A stretch of DNA of 64,000 nt from an uncultured Pirellulales bacterium (GCA_964580995.1 CAZOMV010000018.1:55-64054); one strand, 5' to 3'. Positions 9,353 to 19,007 are shown, numbered from the stretch's first letter. Notes: generated by a model from the letters alone, not told the origin. Made by a program: numbers and translations.

Positions 9353-10804
9353 ATGATCATGCTGCCTGAAATATTAGTGATAATTCTTGCTGTCGCGGTA
9401 CTGGTATTCGACCTGCTGCTGGGGGAACGCCGCAGGTGGATTCTGGGACTGCTCGCTGCCGGCGGCCTCCTCACAATATTACTGATTACTTTTCTGGTAG
9501 TGCCGCATCAGGGCCAGCTTTTCGGCGGACGGTTTGTGATGGACCCGGTGGCCTGGTGGTTTAAAGTTTTCTTTCTCCTCTCCGGTTCCCTCGTGATTCT
9601 GCTGTCACTGGACCTGTTGGATGGCAGAATTCTCGTGCGGGTGCGGGGAATGGGCTTTCGCGGCGAATATTACACCGTATTGCTTTCCACCATCTGCGGG
9701 ATGATGTATCTTGCCTCCGCCCAGGACCTGATCACCTTGTATGTAAGCCTGGAACTGGCAACGATACCTCTGTTTGTTCTGGCTGCCTGGCGGCGGGATG
9801 ATGTCAGGTCCGGTGAGGCTGGGCTTAAGTATGTTATCATCGGTGCGCTGGCTTCGGCGTTTATGATTTATGGTTTCGGCATTCTCTTTGGCCTTGCCGG
9901 CAGTACCGATTTAGATGTTATTGCCCGTACCTTGCATCCGAATCCGGCGCTGTGGCTGGCCCTGGCCCTGATTGCCGCCGGTCTCGGTTTTAAAATGACA
10001 TTGGTACCGTTCCATTTCTGGGCGGCCGATGTTTACGAAGGTGCTCCCGTGCTGGTGACCGCCTATATTTCCGTGGCCTCCAAGACGACCGGCCTGGTAC
10101 TGATGTTTCAGATACTCTTGCGAATCATGGGCCATTTCGTGGCGGACTGGTCGCTGGCGATTGCGATCTTTGCGGCGGCCACCATGACCCTGGGAAACCT
10201 GGTTGCTCTCGTTCAGCAAAATATGAAACGCTTAATGGCCTTTAGCGCGATTTCCCAGGCGGGATATTTGATCATCGGGTTCGTCGGTCCCGGCCAACCC
10301 GAAGCCGTGCCGGCCATGCTGTTCTACATGCTGGTCTATATCGCAACGAACCTGGTGGTTTTTGCCTGCATCATCTGGCATTCCAACCAGACCGGTTCGG
10401 AAAATATCGGCGACTACCGGGGCCTCTCGCGCAGCAATCCGGTTGTTGCCCTGGCCATGATGGTCGGATTATTCAGCCTGGCGGGAATCCCGCCGTTGTC
10501 GGGTTTTGTGGGAAAATTCTTTTTGTTCAGCATCGCTTCCCAGGCCGGCTTCCACTGGCTGGTTGCGGTGGCCGCAGTCAATTCCACTGTATCGCTGTAC
10601 TATTACCTGCGGATTGTCCGCCAGATGTATATCGAACGGGCAGAGGAAAATCCCAAACGAATAACCATAACTCCCACCCTGGCTATGACACTTGCGATCC
10701 TTACTGTGGCTGTGGTGCTGATGGGCCTGATACCATTACTATATGAGACCATCGCCAAAGAAACGAGCTTGTGGATGGCATTATCGCATGTAGGTTACCG
10801 GTAA
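9353..10804 (+). CDS. nuoN: NADH-quinone oxidoreductase subunit N
   Basis: 483 aa antiporter-like subunit, PFHFWAADVYEGAPVLVTAYISVASK motif. Last gene of the operon. Confidence 0.85.
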   Translation: MIMLPEILVIILAVAVLVFDLLLGERRRWILGLLAAGGLLTILLITFLVVPHQGQLFGGRFVMDPVAWWFKVFFLLSGSLVILLSLDLLDGRILVRVRGMGFRGEYYTVLLSTICGMMYLASAQDLITLYVSLELATIPLFVLAAWRRDDVRSGEAGLKYVIIGALASAFMIYGFGILFGLAGSTDLDVIARTLHPNPALWLALALIAAGLGFKMTLVPFHFWAADVYEGAPVLVTAYISVASKTTGLVLMFQILLRIMGHFVADWSLAIAIFAAATMTLGNLVALVQQNMKRLMAFSAISQAGYLIIGFVGPGQPEAVPAMLFYMLVYIATNLVVFACIIWHSNQTGSENIGDYRGLSRSNPVVALAMMVGLFSLAGIPPLSGFVGKFFLFSIASQAGFHWLVAVAAVNSTVSLYYYLRIVRQMYIERAEENPKRITITPTLAMTLAILTVAVVLMGLIPLLYETIAKETSLWMALSHVGYR

Positions 10805-10811
10805 CGGATAT

Positions 10812-11417
10812 ATGTCTGATATCAATCATATTCTCGAAAATCACCAATATCTGCCTTACCTCATTTTGCTGGTATGGACGTTTCTGGAAGGGGAGACCAT
10901 CGTCATCATTGCTGGGATAGCCGCCCGCGAGGGTCATCCCTGGCTGCCGCTGGTAATGCTCTGCGCTTTTTGCGGCAGCCTCACCAGCGATCTGCTGATG
11001 TTTTTTCTGGGCCGGTACAAGGGGCAGGCTTTTATTGCCCGGCGGCCTCGCTGGCAAATGCGGGCGGAAAAGGTCTATTCTCTGTTGGAAAGACATCAAA
11101 CCTGGCTGATACTGGGATTCCGTTTTCTGTACGGCATACGCAATATCACACCGTTAGCGATCGGCATGAGCGGGGTGCCCGTGCGGCGCTACGTAATTTT
11201 AAATATCATAGGGGCAGCTCTCTGGTCCTTCAGCTTTTCGATCGGGGGTTATTTGTTTGGGGCCGCCCTGGAAACGTTTTTGGAAAAAGAGCATAAAATT
11301 TTTGTGATTCTGTTGCTGCTGGTTCTTACCGTTCTTCTCTGGATCCTGCGAATGGCTCGTCGCCGATCGCTACTAAAAAATAATAACATACCAAACGGGA
11401 AGTACAAAAATACCTGA
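10812..11417 (+). CDS. DedA/SNARE-associated family membrane protein
   Basis: LEGETIVIIAG and GFRFLYGIRNITPLAIG motifs typical of DedA; 4-5 TM. Confidence 0.8.
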   Translation: MSDINHILENHQYLPYLILLVWTFLEGETIVIIAGIAAREGHPWLPLVMLCAFCGSLTSDLLMFFLGRYKGQAFIARRPRWQMRAEKVYSLLERHQTWLILGFRFLYGIRNITPLAIGMSGVPVRRYVILNIIGAALWSFSFSIGGYLFGAALETFLEKEHKIFVILLLLVLTVLLWILRMARRRSLLKNNNIPNGKYKNT

Positions 11418-11540
11418 ATTCTTTCCTGCGAATCAAATCGCCGGGCTTTTGGAAATAGAAGCACACCACCTTCGCCATACAGCGAAACCATTATTTTACT
11501 GGGTCTGGGCGGTCTGACGCTGTTGCGTCGCCGCCGATAA
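11418..11540 (+). pseudogene. orphan PEP-CTERM-like anchor fragment, in frame after the dedA stop
   Basis: The 40 codons after the dedA TGA read ...STPPSPYSETIILLGLGGLTLLRRRR*. This is a hydrophobic helix plus Arg cluster like a PEP-CTERM tail. No start codon of its own. Confidence 0.3.
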
Positions 11541-11579
11541 GGTTGAAACCCGATTGTAACTTTGACCATAAAGATTGAA

Positions 11580-11619
11580 GAGCCGGTGCAGCGTAATACC
11601 TGCCCGGCTCTTTATTTAT
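11580..11619 (+). terminator. intrinsic terminator-like hairpin
   Basis: GAGCCGG(T)GCAG / CTGCCCGGCTC stem, 8-nt loop, followed by TTTATTTAT. Confidence 0.5.
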
Positions 11620-11846
11620 AATTCGTGATCGATAAGGGAGTGATCCATCTCTTGAAGTCGTGCTGTGAGGCAATACCTCAGAAAAAGTTTTATGCAGAAG
11701 GTATTTTTTATGGTTGCATAATTTTTTGGGACTGCTATACTCTTGTCCGATGTGGCAAAATGACCTTGTCTGATGACCTTGGCGTTTATCAGCATAAGGG
11801 ACCTGGAAAAGTATTATTGTAACCTACATTTTGACAGGAGTTTACC

Positions 11847-14552
11847 ATGAAGAAGCTTTCCCCCGTCTTATTGTCTTTGTTGTTAATCCTTATTTTGAAT
11901 CTTGCCAGCTACGGCCTGGAATTTGAAGCCATTACCGTTTTTGGCTGCAATGATGGCGGTACCCAGGACGGCCACGCCCGCTGGAATACCGGCCCGGTCG
12001 ATGGCTGCTGGGATATCTTTATGTATCCCGGCGATATGGTAAAAAGTATTGACCAGGCCAAATGGATGAATGACCCCGGCAGCCGCCAGGTTAAATTCAG
12101 CCCCGAAGTCGGTAGTACCACATATACCTTCCATCTGGAGTGCAATGCCGATCTGGGAATTTTCGGCATGAATCTTTTCGGCGCGGATAAGAACCGGCCG
12201 GTGATCTCGGTCTTTGCCCCGGTCACCCGCGATGCTGCCCAACCGGCGGCCTTCAAGGTCAACAGTTCCGCCAATACCATGGGCTGGCCGATGAGCGATG
12301 TTCCCGCCGCCGGTTCGCTCAGTTATGATGGGGTGGAAGGTTCGCTGTGGATTCACAATGACGCGAATGCCGGGAAAAAATACACGATTACCGATTTTAA
12401 AATTTTAGCCCCGGCTGCTTCCGGCAATCTGGATTTTGTCGGCCCCGGTGAGATCAAGGCCAGCAATCTGGCGGATTATGTCGGCCAGTTCACCATCACG
12501 GTGGAAAATCTGACGACCGCTCCCCAGAACTGGCTGCTCTGGATCAGCACGGTGGCCCAGATGAAGATCGGATCGAACAACGCCGATGGCAAATGGACGG
12601 AAAAATATGATTATCAGAATGCCCAGCCGCCGTTCTCTTTCACATATGATGGCAAATCCTCCGCGGAACTGCTGAAGGGCTGGAAATTCGATTCCGAGCA
12701 TAAGAAACTGGACGAGAATCGCACCGCCCACATCCTCACCTGGCAGGACCCGAAAACCGGCCTGCAAATCCGCTGGGACGGCCTGGAATACAACGATTAT
12801 GAGAGTATCGAATGGACCATTTACCTGACCAATAAAGGCAATGCGGACACCCCGATGATCGAAAACGTCAAGGCCCTGGATGCCGATTTCCAGCGGGCCT
12901 CCGGCAGCGAATATCGCCTGCATCACTGGAGCGGTACCTTTGTAACCGCCGACGATTATGCCACCAAGATGACCGTGCTCGATGCCGGTAAGCAGGCGAA
13001 CTTCGAGCCTTTCGGCCGCAAATCCGGCACCGCCGGCAATTGGCCCTATTACAATCTGGAAGCCGGCGACGAAGGCCTTATTGCCGTGGTCGGCTGGCCG
13101 GGCTTCTGGTTTGCCGACTATCAGCGGGACCAGAACAGGGGCTTGCACATAGCCGCCGGTCAGAAAATCATGCACTTCCAGCTCCAGCCCGGCGAGATGG
13201 TGCGTACCCCCCTGATCGTCCTGCAATTCCGCAAAGGCGGCGATTGGATTGACGGCCAGAATGCCTGGCGCCAGTGGATGATCGAACACAATATCCCGAA
13301 AAACATCCCCCGACCGATGTTCAACGCGTGCAGTTCGCACCAGTTTGCCGAGATGACTCAGGCGAACGAGCAGAACCAGATCGAATTCATCGACAGCTAC
13401 CTCAAGAAGGGCCTGAAGATTAATTACTGGTGGATGGACGCCGGCTGGTATGTCGGTGCCGCCGAAAAAGGCTGGCCCTGGACGGGTACCTGGGAAGTGG
13501 ATCGCCGGGAAAAACGGTTCCCCAACGGTCTGCGGGCTATCAGTGACCATGCTCACAAGGTGGGTGTCAAAACCATCGTCTGGTTCGAGCCGGAACGGGT
13601 TGCCGGCGGTACCTGGCTGACCACGGAACATCCCGATTGGGTGTTCGGCGGTGCCGGCGGCGGATTGCTGAACCTGGGCAATCCCGATGCCCTGAAATGG
13701 GCCATCGATCATTTCAACAAGATTATTGATGACGAAGGCATCGACCTCTATCGTCAGGACTACAACATCGATCCGTACCCCTTCTGGCAGGGCAACGATA
13801 CGCCCAATCGCCAGGGCATCACCGAGAACAAGTATGTCATGGGCTACCTGGCTTACTGGGATGGCCTGCTGGCCAAGCATCCGGGCATGATTATTGATTC
13901 CTGTGCCTCCGGCGGCCACCGCAACGATCTGGAGACCATGCGTCGCGCCATCCCGCTGCTCCGCAGCGACTACCTCTTCGAGCCGGTCGGCCAGCAGGGC
14001 CACACCTACGGCCTGTCCTTCTGGCTGCCTGCCCACGGTACCGGCTACACCCCCTCCAATGCGGGCGGCTGGGGCTGGGGGACCGGCGGGCTTTCTTATA
14101 ATCCTTATGCCCGCCGCAGTAACATGTGCCCGACCAACACGGCCTGTTTCGATTTCCGGGTTGATTCTGATGACAATCCGGATAACGATATCGATAATGA
14201 TCTGCTGTTAAGGCTATACCATGAATGGATGGAAATCGGCCCCGACTATTACGGCAATTTCTATCCCCTGACCGACTATAACCTTTCCCAGAAAGACTGG
14301 CTCGGCTGGCAGTTCTATCGCCCGGATAAGGGCGAAGGATTCGTGCAGGCCTTCCGCCGCGAGAATTGTATCTTTAAGGCGGCTGACCTGAAAATGCGCG
14401 GACTCGACCCGGAAGCCACCTACCAGTTGAAAAACTATGATGTCAAGGGCAAGACCCGCGTGACCGGTAAGGAACTGATGGAAAAGGGAATAACCATCGA
14501 TATCCCCGAAAGACCCGGTGCCGTTACCATCAAATACGTAAAGGTCAAATAA
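11847..14552 (+). CDS. secreted clan GH-D (GH36-like) alpha-galactosidase-family hydrolase with an extra N-terminal beta-rich domain
   Basis: Signal peptide MKKLSPVLLSLLLILILNLASYG. WWMDAGWY, VWFEPERV, YRQDYN and DSCASGGHRND motifs parallel the GH36 catalytic core. Paralog of 47553-49565. Confidence 0.7.
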   Translation: MKKLSPVLLSLLLILILNLASYGLEFEAITVFGCNDGGTQDGHARWNTGPVDGCWDIFMYPGDMVKSIDQAKWMNDPGSRQVKFSPEVGSTTYTFHLECNADLGIFGMNLFGADKNRPVISVFAPVTRDAAQPAAFKVNSSANTMGWPMSDVPAAGSLSYDGVEGSLWIHNDANAGKKYTITDFKILAPAASGNLDFVGPGEIKASNLADYVGQFTITVENLTTAPQNWLLWISTVAQMKIGSNNADGKWTEKYDYQNAQPPFSFTYDGKSSAELLKGWKFDSEHKKLDENRTAHILTWQDPKTGLQIRWDGLEYNDYESIEWTIYLTNKGNADTPMIENVKALDADFQRASGSEYRLHHWSGTFVTADDYATKMTVLDAGKQANFEPFGRKSGTAGNWPYYNLEAGDEGLIAVVGWPGFWFADYQRDQNRGLHIAAGQKIMHFQLQPGEMVRTPLIVLQFRKGGDWIDGQNAWRQWMIEHNIPKNIPRPMFNACSSHQFAEMTQANEQNQIEFIDSYLKKGLKINYWWMDAGWYVGAAEKGWPWTGTWEVDRREKRFPNGLRAISDHAHKVGVKTIVWFEPERVAGGTWLTTEHPDWVFGGAGGGLLNLGNPDALKWAIDHFNKIIDDEGIDLYRQDYNIDPYPFWQGNDTPNRQGITENKYVMGYLAYWDGLLAKHPGMIIDSCASGGHRNDLETMRRAIPLLRSDYLFEPVGQQGHTYGLSFWLPAHGTGYTPSNAGGWGWGTGGLSYNPYARRSNMCPTNTACFDFRVDSDDNPDNDIDNDLLLRLYHEWMEIGPDYYGNFYPLTDYNLSQKDWLGWQFYRPDKGEGFVQAFRRENCIFKAADLKMRGLDPEATYQLKNYDVKGKTRVTGKELMEKGITIDIPERPGAVTIKYVKVK

Positions 14553-14577
14553 CCTTTCCGTATAACCGATTCCCTCA

Positions 14578-14613
14578 GCCGCCGTCCGGTTTTCCGGATG
14601 GCGGCTTTTTTTT
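14578..14613 (+). terminator. intrinsic terminator between convergent genes
   Basis: GCCGCCGTCCGG-TTTT-CCGGATGGCGGC: 12-bp stem with one G.T pair, followed by T8. The T-tract overlaps the stop of the minus-strand gene. Confidence 0.7.
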
Positions 14614-15394
14614 ATGCCTTATCTTGAAGGATATCCTTTAGATAACGAATAATACGTTCCCGATTTACACCCATACTGGAAAATTGCTTTTCGCACACGT
14701 CACTGAATCGAGCTAAAACTTTGCGGTTAATGGATTCTTGATCTTCGAAAATGGCCATGGAGCGTTGCAGGATACTCCATTTTTCGAACTGTAAAAGAGC
14801 AATGGTTGTGTCGCGTACCCGGTCGTCATTGGGTAAGGCATAAACAAATAGCGGGCGTTTCATGCTATTTACCCTGCAATCTACCGTGTACATAGATTGT
14901 GGGTCATGCATGGGATCGTTCCAGTCAAAGGTACGGCGATTTTCTGGGACCGTTTCCATCATCATCGTGCGAAAATCTTCCATGAAAGTGGAATGTACTC
15001 GTTCACGGGTGAGAAAAGAAATATCCGTGATTTTCATCAATGCCTGTATGAAAGAGTATAAGGCATCACCGAACTGGTTTTCGATAACTCGCAAAGACAA
15101 TTCTCCTTCACGGTCTTCTACCCGAAATGTGGATAGCGTATTGGTGATAATTTTTTGGCGTGTGCCTCGTTGCAGATCCTTTTCCTCCAGATCATAGGTC
15201 AAATGCATATAGGTGTGCCCCTCATCGGAGAGCGACCATACTGATTTTTCCCGTTTGAGAACGATTGCCAGGTGGTCACCGTCTTCAAACAGAAACGGGG
15301 TGAACACACGATAACGGTCTATGCCTTCGCCGGTAATTCGGATTTTTTCGCAAACTTTTTTCTTGAAATCACGCTCTATGGTTTCAATGGTCAT
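14612..15394 (-). CDS. DUF1828/DUF1829-like protein (260 aa), function unknown
   Basis: Clean 260-aa ORF in AT-rich DNA. The N-terminal YRVFTPFLFEDGDHLAIVLK region resembles DUF1828 (from memory). ATGA overlap with the upstream gene. Confidence 0.65.
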   Translation of the reverse strand: MTIETIERDFKKKVCEKIRITGEGIDRYRVFTPFLFEDGDHLAIVLKREKSVWSLSDEGHTYMHLTYDLEEKDLQRGTRQKIITNTLSTFRVEDREGELSLRVIENQFGDALYSFIQALMKITDISFLTRERVHSTFMEDFRTMMMETVPENRRTFDWNDPMHDPQSMYTVDCRVNSMKRPLFVYALPNDDRVRDTTIALLQFEKWSILQRSMAIFEDQESINRKVLARFSDVCEKQFSSMGVNRERIIRYLKDILQDKA

Positions 15395-15879
15395 AAATCA
15401 AATTCTCCAAATAACAATTTCTGATTATCTGGGGATACTTTAAATCCGCAATTTTCAAGCAGGTAGGGTAAAGCCGTGTGAAAATCGGCATAACCGTCTG
15501 TTGGTTCGGCAAAAGCGTCTTCACGCAGGCCCATTTCCTGATACCTCTCAGTAGCCTGATGGATGTGAAAGTCATAAAAGGTATTACCTTCAATCTGATT
15601 TGTATGCTCGTGGCTTTTACCATTATACCGTCGTAAGCGAAACAATAGACTCGAATCTGCTGGACAGAAAGCAAGGATAATCGAAAAATCAAGAGTGTTA
15701 ATATCGCTTTGTCTCAGAATAAGGCGAAATTGGCTCCCTTTTTCGCCCGTAACATCCAATTCTCTTTCTTTATGTCCTCGCTTATTACGAAGCTGGACAA
15801 GGGAGCGATAATCAGCAGGCAGGAATTTGCGTTCCGCAATCATCTGGGCAATTTCTTCATCTGAATATTTTGCTGGCAT
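15391..15879 (-). CDS. hypothetical protein (162 aa) with a His-rich core
   Basis: Clean ORF, AT-rich. Core RLRRYNGKSHEHTNQIEGNTFYDFHIHQATERY. No family recognised. Translationally coupled to 14612-15394. Confidence 0.7.
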   Translation of the reverse strand: MPAKYSDEEIAQMIAERKFLPADYRSLVQLRNKRGHKERELDVTGEKGSQFRLILRQSDINTLDFSIILAFCPADSSLLFRLRRYNGKSHEHTNQIEGNTFYDFHIHQATERYQEMGLREDAFAEPTDGYADFHTALPYLLENCGFKVSPDNQKLLFGEFDL

Positions 15880-16187
15880 ATCACATTATAAAAGCATAAT
15901 CCCGGATTAACGTTAAGTAATTCATACGCATAAGGATAAAACCTCTATTATGAAAGGTTTATCAGTTGGTATTATATCGGATTTTGCTAGCGATACATTG
16001 TATTTTTAGCCAACTTTCTGCAAAAAACGTGACTTTTTGATTATTTTGTCGTATTTTTTATGTGTTTCAATAATGTTACTAGTTATAGTATGAAATAATG
16101 CTTAACTGGTCTATTTCACAAGTATTTATAGAAATGATCGGCATTGACATAAAAATATCTTGAATAGGTCAACGACAAGAGGCTGAT

Positions 16188-17075
16188 ATGCAAAATATAC
16201 TGGAACGCATTCAAAAAGGAGAAATCCTGTTCTGTGACGGTGGAATGGGGACCTTTCTGCAGGCCAAAGGCTTGCAGCCGGGGCAGTGTCCGGAGTTGTG
16301 GTGCATTGAGCATCCGGACGAGGTGAAAGACATCCACCGCCAGTACCGCGCCGCCGGCAGCGATATCGTCGAGACCAATTCGTTCGGCGGCACCCGTTAC
16401 AAGCTCAAGCATTATGGCCTGGACGGCCGGGTCGCGGAGATCAACCGGGCCGCTGCCCGCATCGCCCGCGAGGTAGCCGGCGATTCGCAGTACGTCCTGG
16501 GCAGCGTGGGATCAACGGGCGAATTTATGGCGCCGCTGGGCCTGGAATCCGAGGAAAATTTTATCGCCGCCTTCCAGGAGCAGATCGTCGCCCTGGAAGC
16601 AGGCGGCGCGGATATGGTCATCATCGAAACCATGACCGCCATTGAAGAGGCCATCGCCGCCGTCAAGGCCGCCAAAAACCATACCCGCCTGCTGGTCGTC
16701 GCCAGCTTCACCTTTGATCCCCAGCCGAACGGCAAGTACGCCACCATGATGGGCGTCACGCCGGAGAGCTTCGTCGAAAAAATCCTGCCCACGGGCGTGG
16801 ACATCATCGGCGCCAACTGCGGCACCGGCATGGACCATATGATCGAAATCGTCAAGCGATTGCGTAAGGCCGCCCCAAAGACGCCGATTTTCGCTATGCC
16901 CAACGCCGGTATGCCCGTATTGGAAAACGGCCAAACCGTCTTCAAGGAGACTCCCCAGCAGATGGCCGCCCAGGCTCCCCAGCTTGTCAAAGCCGGGGCG
17001 AATATCATCGGCGGCTGCTGCGGCACCGGCCCGGCCCATATCGCCGCCATGAAAAAAGCGGTCAAAGGGATCTGA
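16188..17075 (+). CDS. homocysteine S-methyltransferase domain protein (stand-alone MetH-N/MmuM-like)
   Basis: ILFCDGGMGT start, ETNSFGG, and zinc-ligand cysteines in GANCGTG and GGCCGTGP. Confidence 0.85.
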   Translation: MQNILERIQKGEILFCDGGMGTFLQAKGLQPGQCPELWCIEHPDEVKDIHRQYRAAGSDIVETNSFGGTRYKLKHYGLDGRVAEINRAAARIAREVAGDSQYVLGSVGSTGEFMAPLGLESEENFIAAFQEQIVALEAGGADMVIIETMTAIEEAIAAVKAAKNHTRLLVVASFTFDPQPNGKYATMMGVTPESFVEKILPTGVDIIGANCGTGMDHMIEIVKRLRKAAPKTPIFAMPNAGMPVLENGQTVFKETPQQMAAQAPQLVKAGANIIGGCCGTGPAHIAAMKKAVKGI

Positions 17076-17085
17076 TATCCTGTTG

Positions 17086-17958
17086 ATGCCTATGAAAACC
17101 AAACGCACAAAAACCGGCTTTCCCCTGCTGCTGATACTTCTGCTGGCCGCCGGTTGTCATAAGCAATCACCCGATACGCAAACCCCTCACCCGCGTTTGA
17201 TTACCTATTCACCGGCGATCACGCGGATCGTGTTCGATATGGGGCTGGGCGATTACGTAGTGGGTGTTACCCATTTCTGCCAGTTGCCGCCGGGTGAGCA
17301 GCGGCCGAGGATAGGCGATAATCTGAATGTCCAGGTGGAACCGATCTTGTCGGTTCATCCCGATATCATTTTAGCCCAGATCGCTGAAAAGAACTTCGCT
17401 GCCCTGCGCCAGATCAACTCTTCGATTCGCATTGAAAATTTTCGATTTGATAATTTGCAGGATATTGCCTCTGCCATGCAGCGAATCGGTGAAATAGTCA
17501 ATCGACCGGAGATCGGCAATCAGGCCCGGCAGAATTTTCTGCAAAAACTGGATCAGGTCAGGCAAAGGGTCGCGGATTTGCCGAAACCGCGGGTGATTTT
17601 TGTAATCGATTACAAAGCCCCCAGCGGTGCAGGCCGAAATACCTTTGTGCATGAAATGATTGAACGAGCCAACGGCATCAACCTGCTGGCCGCCGATTAT
17701 GACCTCTGGAAAAAAGTCTCCCTCGAAAAAATCCTGGCCCTTGATCCCGAGGTTCTTATCTGCCATGCGGAAAGGAACCAGTCCGAAGAAGCCCTGCGTT
17801 ACTGGCAGGATCTTACCTTTGCCGGCGGGAAGAAAACCCGCGTGTATGTGGTGACGGATCCCGACTGGCTCATCCCCGCCGGCCATCTGGCCGAATACAC
17901 CATGGAACTGGCGAAAATGATTCACCCCGAACTCCTCTCCCCGGAGGCCCAGCCTTGA
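17086..17958 (+). CDS. ABC transporter substrate-binding lipoprotein, cobalamin/Fe-siderophore type (BtuF-like)
   Basis: Lipobox LLAAGC. Class-8 periplasmic binding protein layout. Directly upstream of the FecCD permease and ATPase. Confidence 0.7.
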   Translation: MPMKTKRTKTGFPLLLILLLAAGCHKQSPDTQTPHPRLITYSPAITRIVFDMGLGDYVVGVTHFCQLPPGEQRPRIGDNLNVQVEPILSVHPDIILAQIAEKNFAALRQINSSIRIENFRFDNLQDIASAMQRIGEIVNRPEIGNQARQNFLQKLDQVRQRVADLPKPRVIFVIDYKAPSGAGRNTFVHEMIERANGINLLAADYDLWKKVSLEKILALDPEVLICHAERNQSEEALRYWQDLTFAGGKKTRVYVVTDPDWLIPAGHLAEYTMELAKMIHPELLSPEAQP

Positions 17959-19007
17959 CTCATTCCGCCGACCAAGCCCCCGCGCCCATCACCGCCTCCC
18001 GCCTGTGGAAATGGTTTGCCGTTTGCCTCCTGCTGACGGCTTTGATTCTGCTGGCCTGCAGTTTTGTCGGCTATTATTCGATCCCCCTGGGAAAAACCTG
18101 GAAGCTCTGGCAGTGGGACATCTGGCAAAATCAAATCTGGCACATACGTTTGTACCGACTGGTAATGACAGCCTTAGTGGGTGCCGCCCTGGCTACCGGC
18201 GGCATGGCCCTGCAAGGGCTAATGCGTAATCCCCTGGCCGAGCCCTACATCCTCGGTATCTCCAGCGGCGCCGGGGTCGGCGTGCTGGCCGGCTCCTGGC
18301 TGGCCGGCTGGACCGTCATGCCCGAATGGGCCGCCACTCCCGTCCTGGCCATGGCCGGAGCCCTGATTACTTGCATTGTGGTTTATTCCGTCGCTCAGCG
18401 GGCCGGCTACCTCGATCCCTATGTTCTGCTCCTCTCCGGCGTCATCGTCAACGTCATCAACGGCGCCCTCGTTCTCACCATCCTCCAGTTCGTCAAACAA
18501 ACCGATATGATTCATTTCATCGGTTGGGGCATGGGCCATATTCCGGAGTGGTTATGGTCCAAACCGAAATTAGTATTGCTCTGCGGCGGCCTGATCCTCA
18601 TCGGCTGGCTGCTGCTCTTCCTGCGTTCCTCCGCCTTTAACATGCTGGGCCTGGGCGATGAAGTAGCCTCCTCCAGCGGCGTCGCCGTCCGCCGCCTCCG
18701 CTCCGAAACCTTCCTCGTCATCTCCCTGATGACCTCCGCCGCGGTGGCCCTGGCCGGCCCCGTCGGCTTCGTCGGATTGATCGTCCCCCATATATTCCGG
18801 ATTATTTCCGGCCCCGACCACCGCCGCCTGGCCCTCCTCAGCGGTTTCGGCGGCGCTGCCTTCCTCATGCTGGCCGACACCGCCTGCCGCATTATCGGCG
18901 AGAGCTTCCAGCTCGGCGAACTGCCCGTTGGCGTCATCACCGCCATTCTCGGCGGCCCGTTCTTTATCTTCCTTCTGCGCCGCCGCCAGCGGGAGGCCGC
19001 CGTATGA
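17955..19007 (+). CDS. FecCD/BtuC-family ABC permease
   Basis: 350 aa, about 9-10 TM, LQGLMRNPLAEPYILGISSGAG motif. TTGA overlap upstream. Confidence 0.85.
   Translation: MTHSADQAPAPITASRLWKWFAVCLLLTALILLACSFVGYYSIPLGKTWKLWQWDIWQNQIWHIRLYRLVMTALVGAALATGGMALQGLMRNPLAEPYILGISSGAGVGVLAGSWLAGWTVMPEWAATPVLAMAGALITCIVVYSVAQRAGYLDPYVLLLSGVIVNVINGALVLTILQFVKQTDMIHFIGWGMGHIPEWLWSKPKLVLLCGGLILIGWLLLFLRSSAFNMLGLGDEVASSSGVAVRRLRSETFLVISLMTSAAVALAGPVGFVGLIVPHIFRIISGPDHRRLALLSGFGGAAFLMLADTACRIIGESFQLGELPVGVITAILGGPFFIFLLRRRQREAAV

Noticed and set aside
12405-14036. 543-aa ORF antisense to the GH36-like gene. Similar long antisense or out-of-frame ORFs occur at 18512-19612, 34382-36016, 48048-49511, 49508-50704, 52061-53044, 53408-54469, 56662-58929 and 60739-62331.
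   Set aside because: Their products are Arg/Pro/Gly/His-rich with no motifs. In each case the opposite strand encodes a protein with clear family signatures. This is typical stop-codon depletion in high-GC genes.
15880-16187. Cobalamin or SAM riboswitch upstream of the homocysteine methyltransferase / B12 importer cluster.
   Set aside because: The region is about 70% AT with no B12-box-like or GC-rich paired elements visible. An Rfam scan would be the decisive test.
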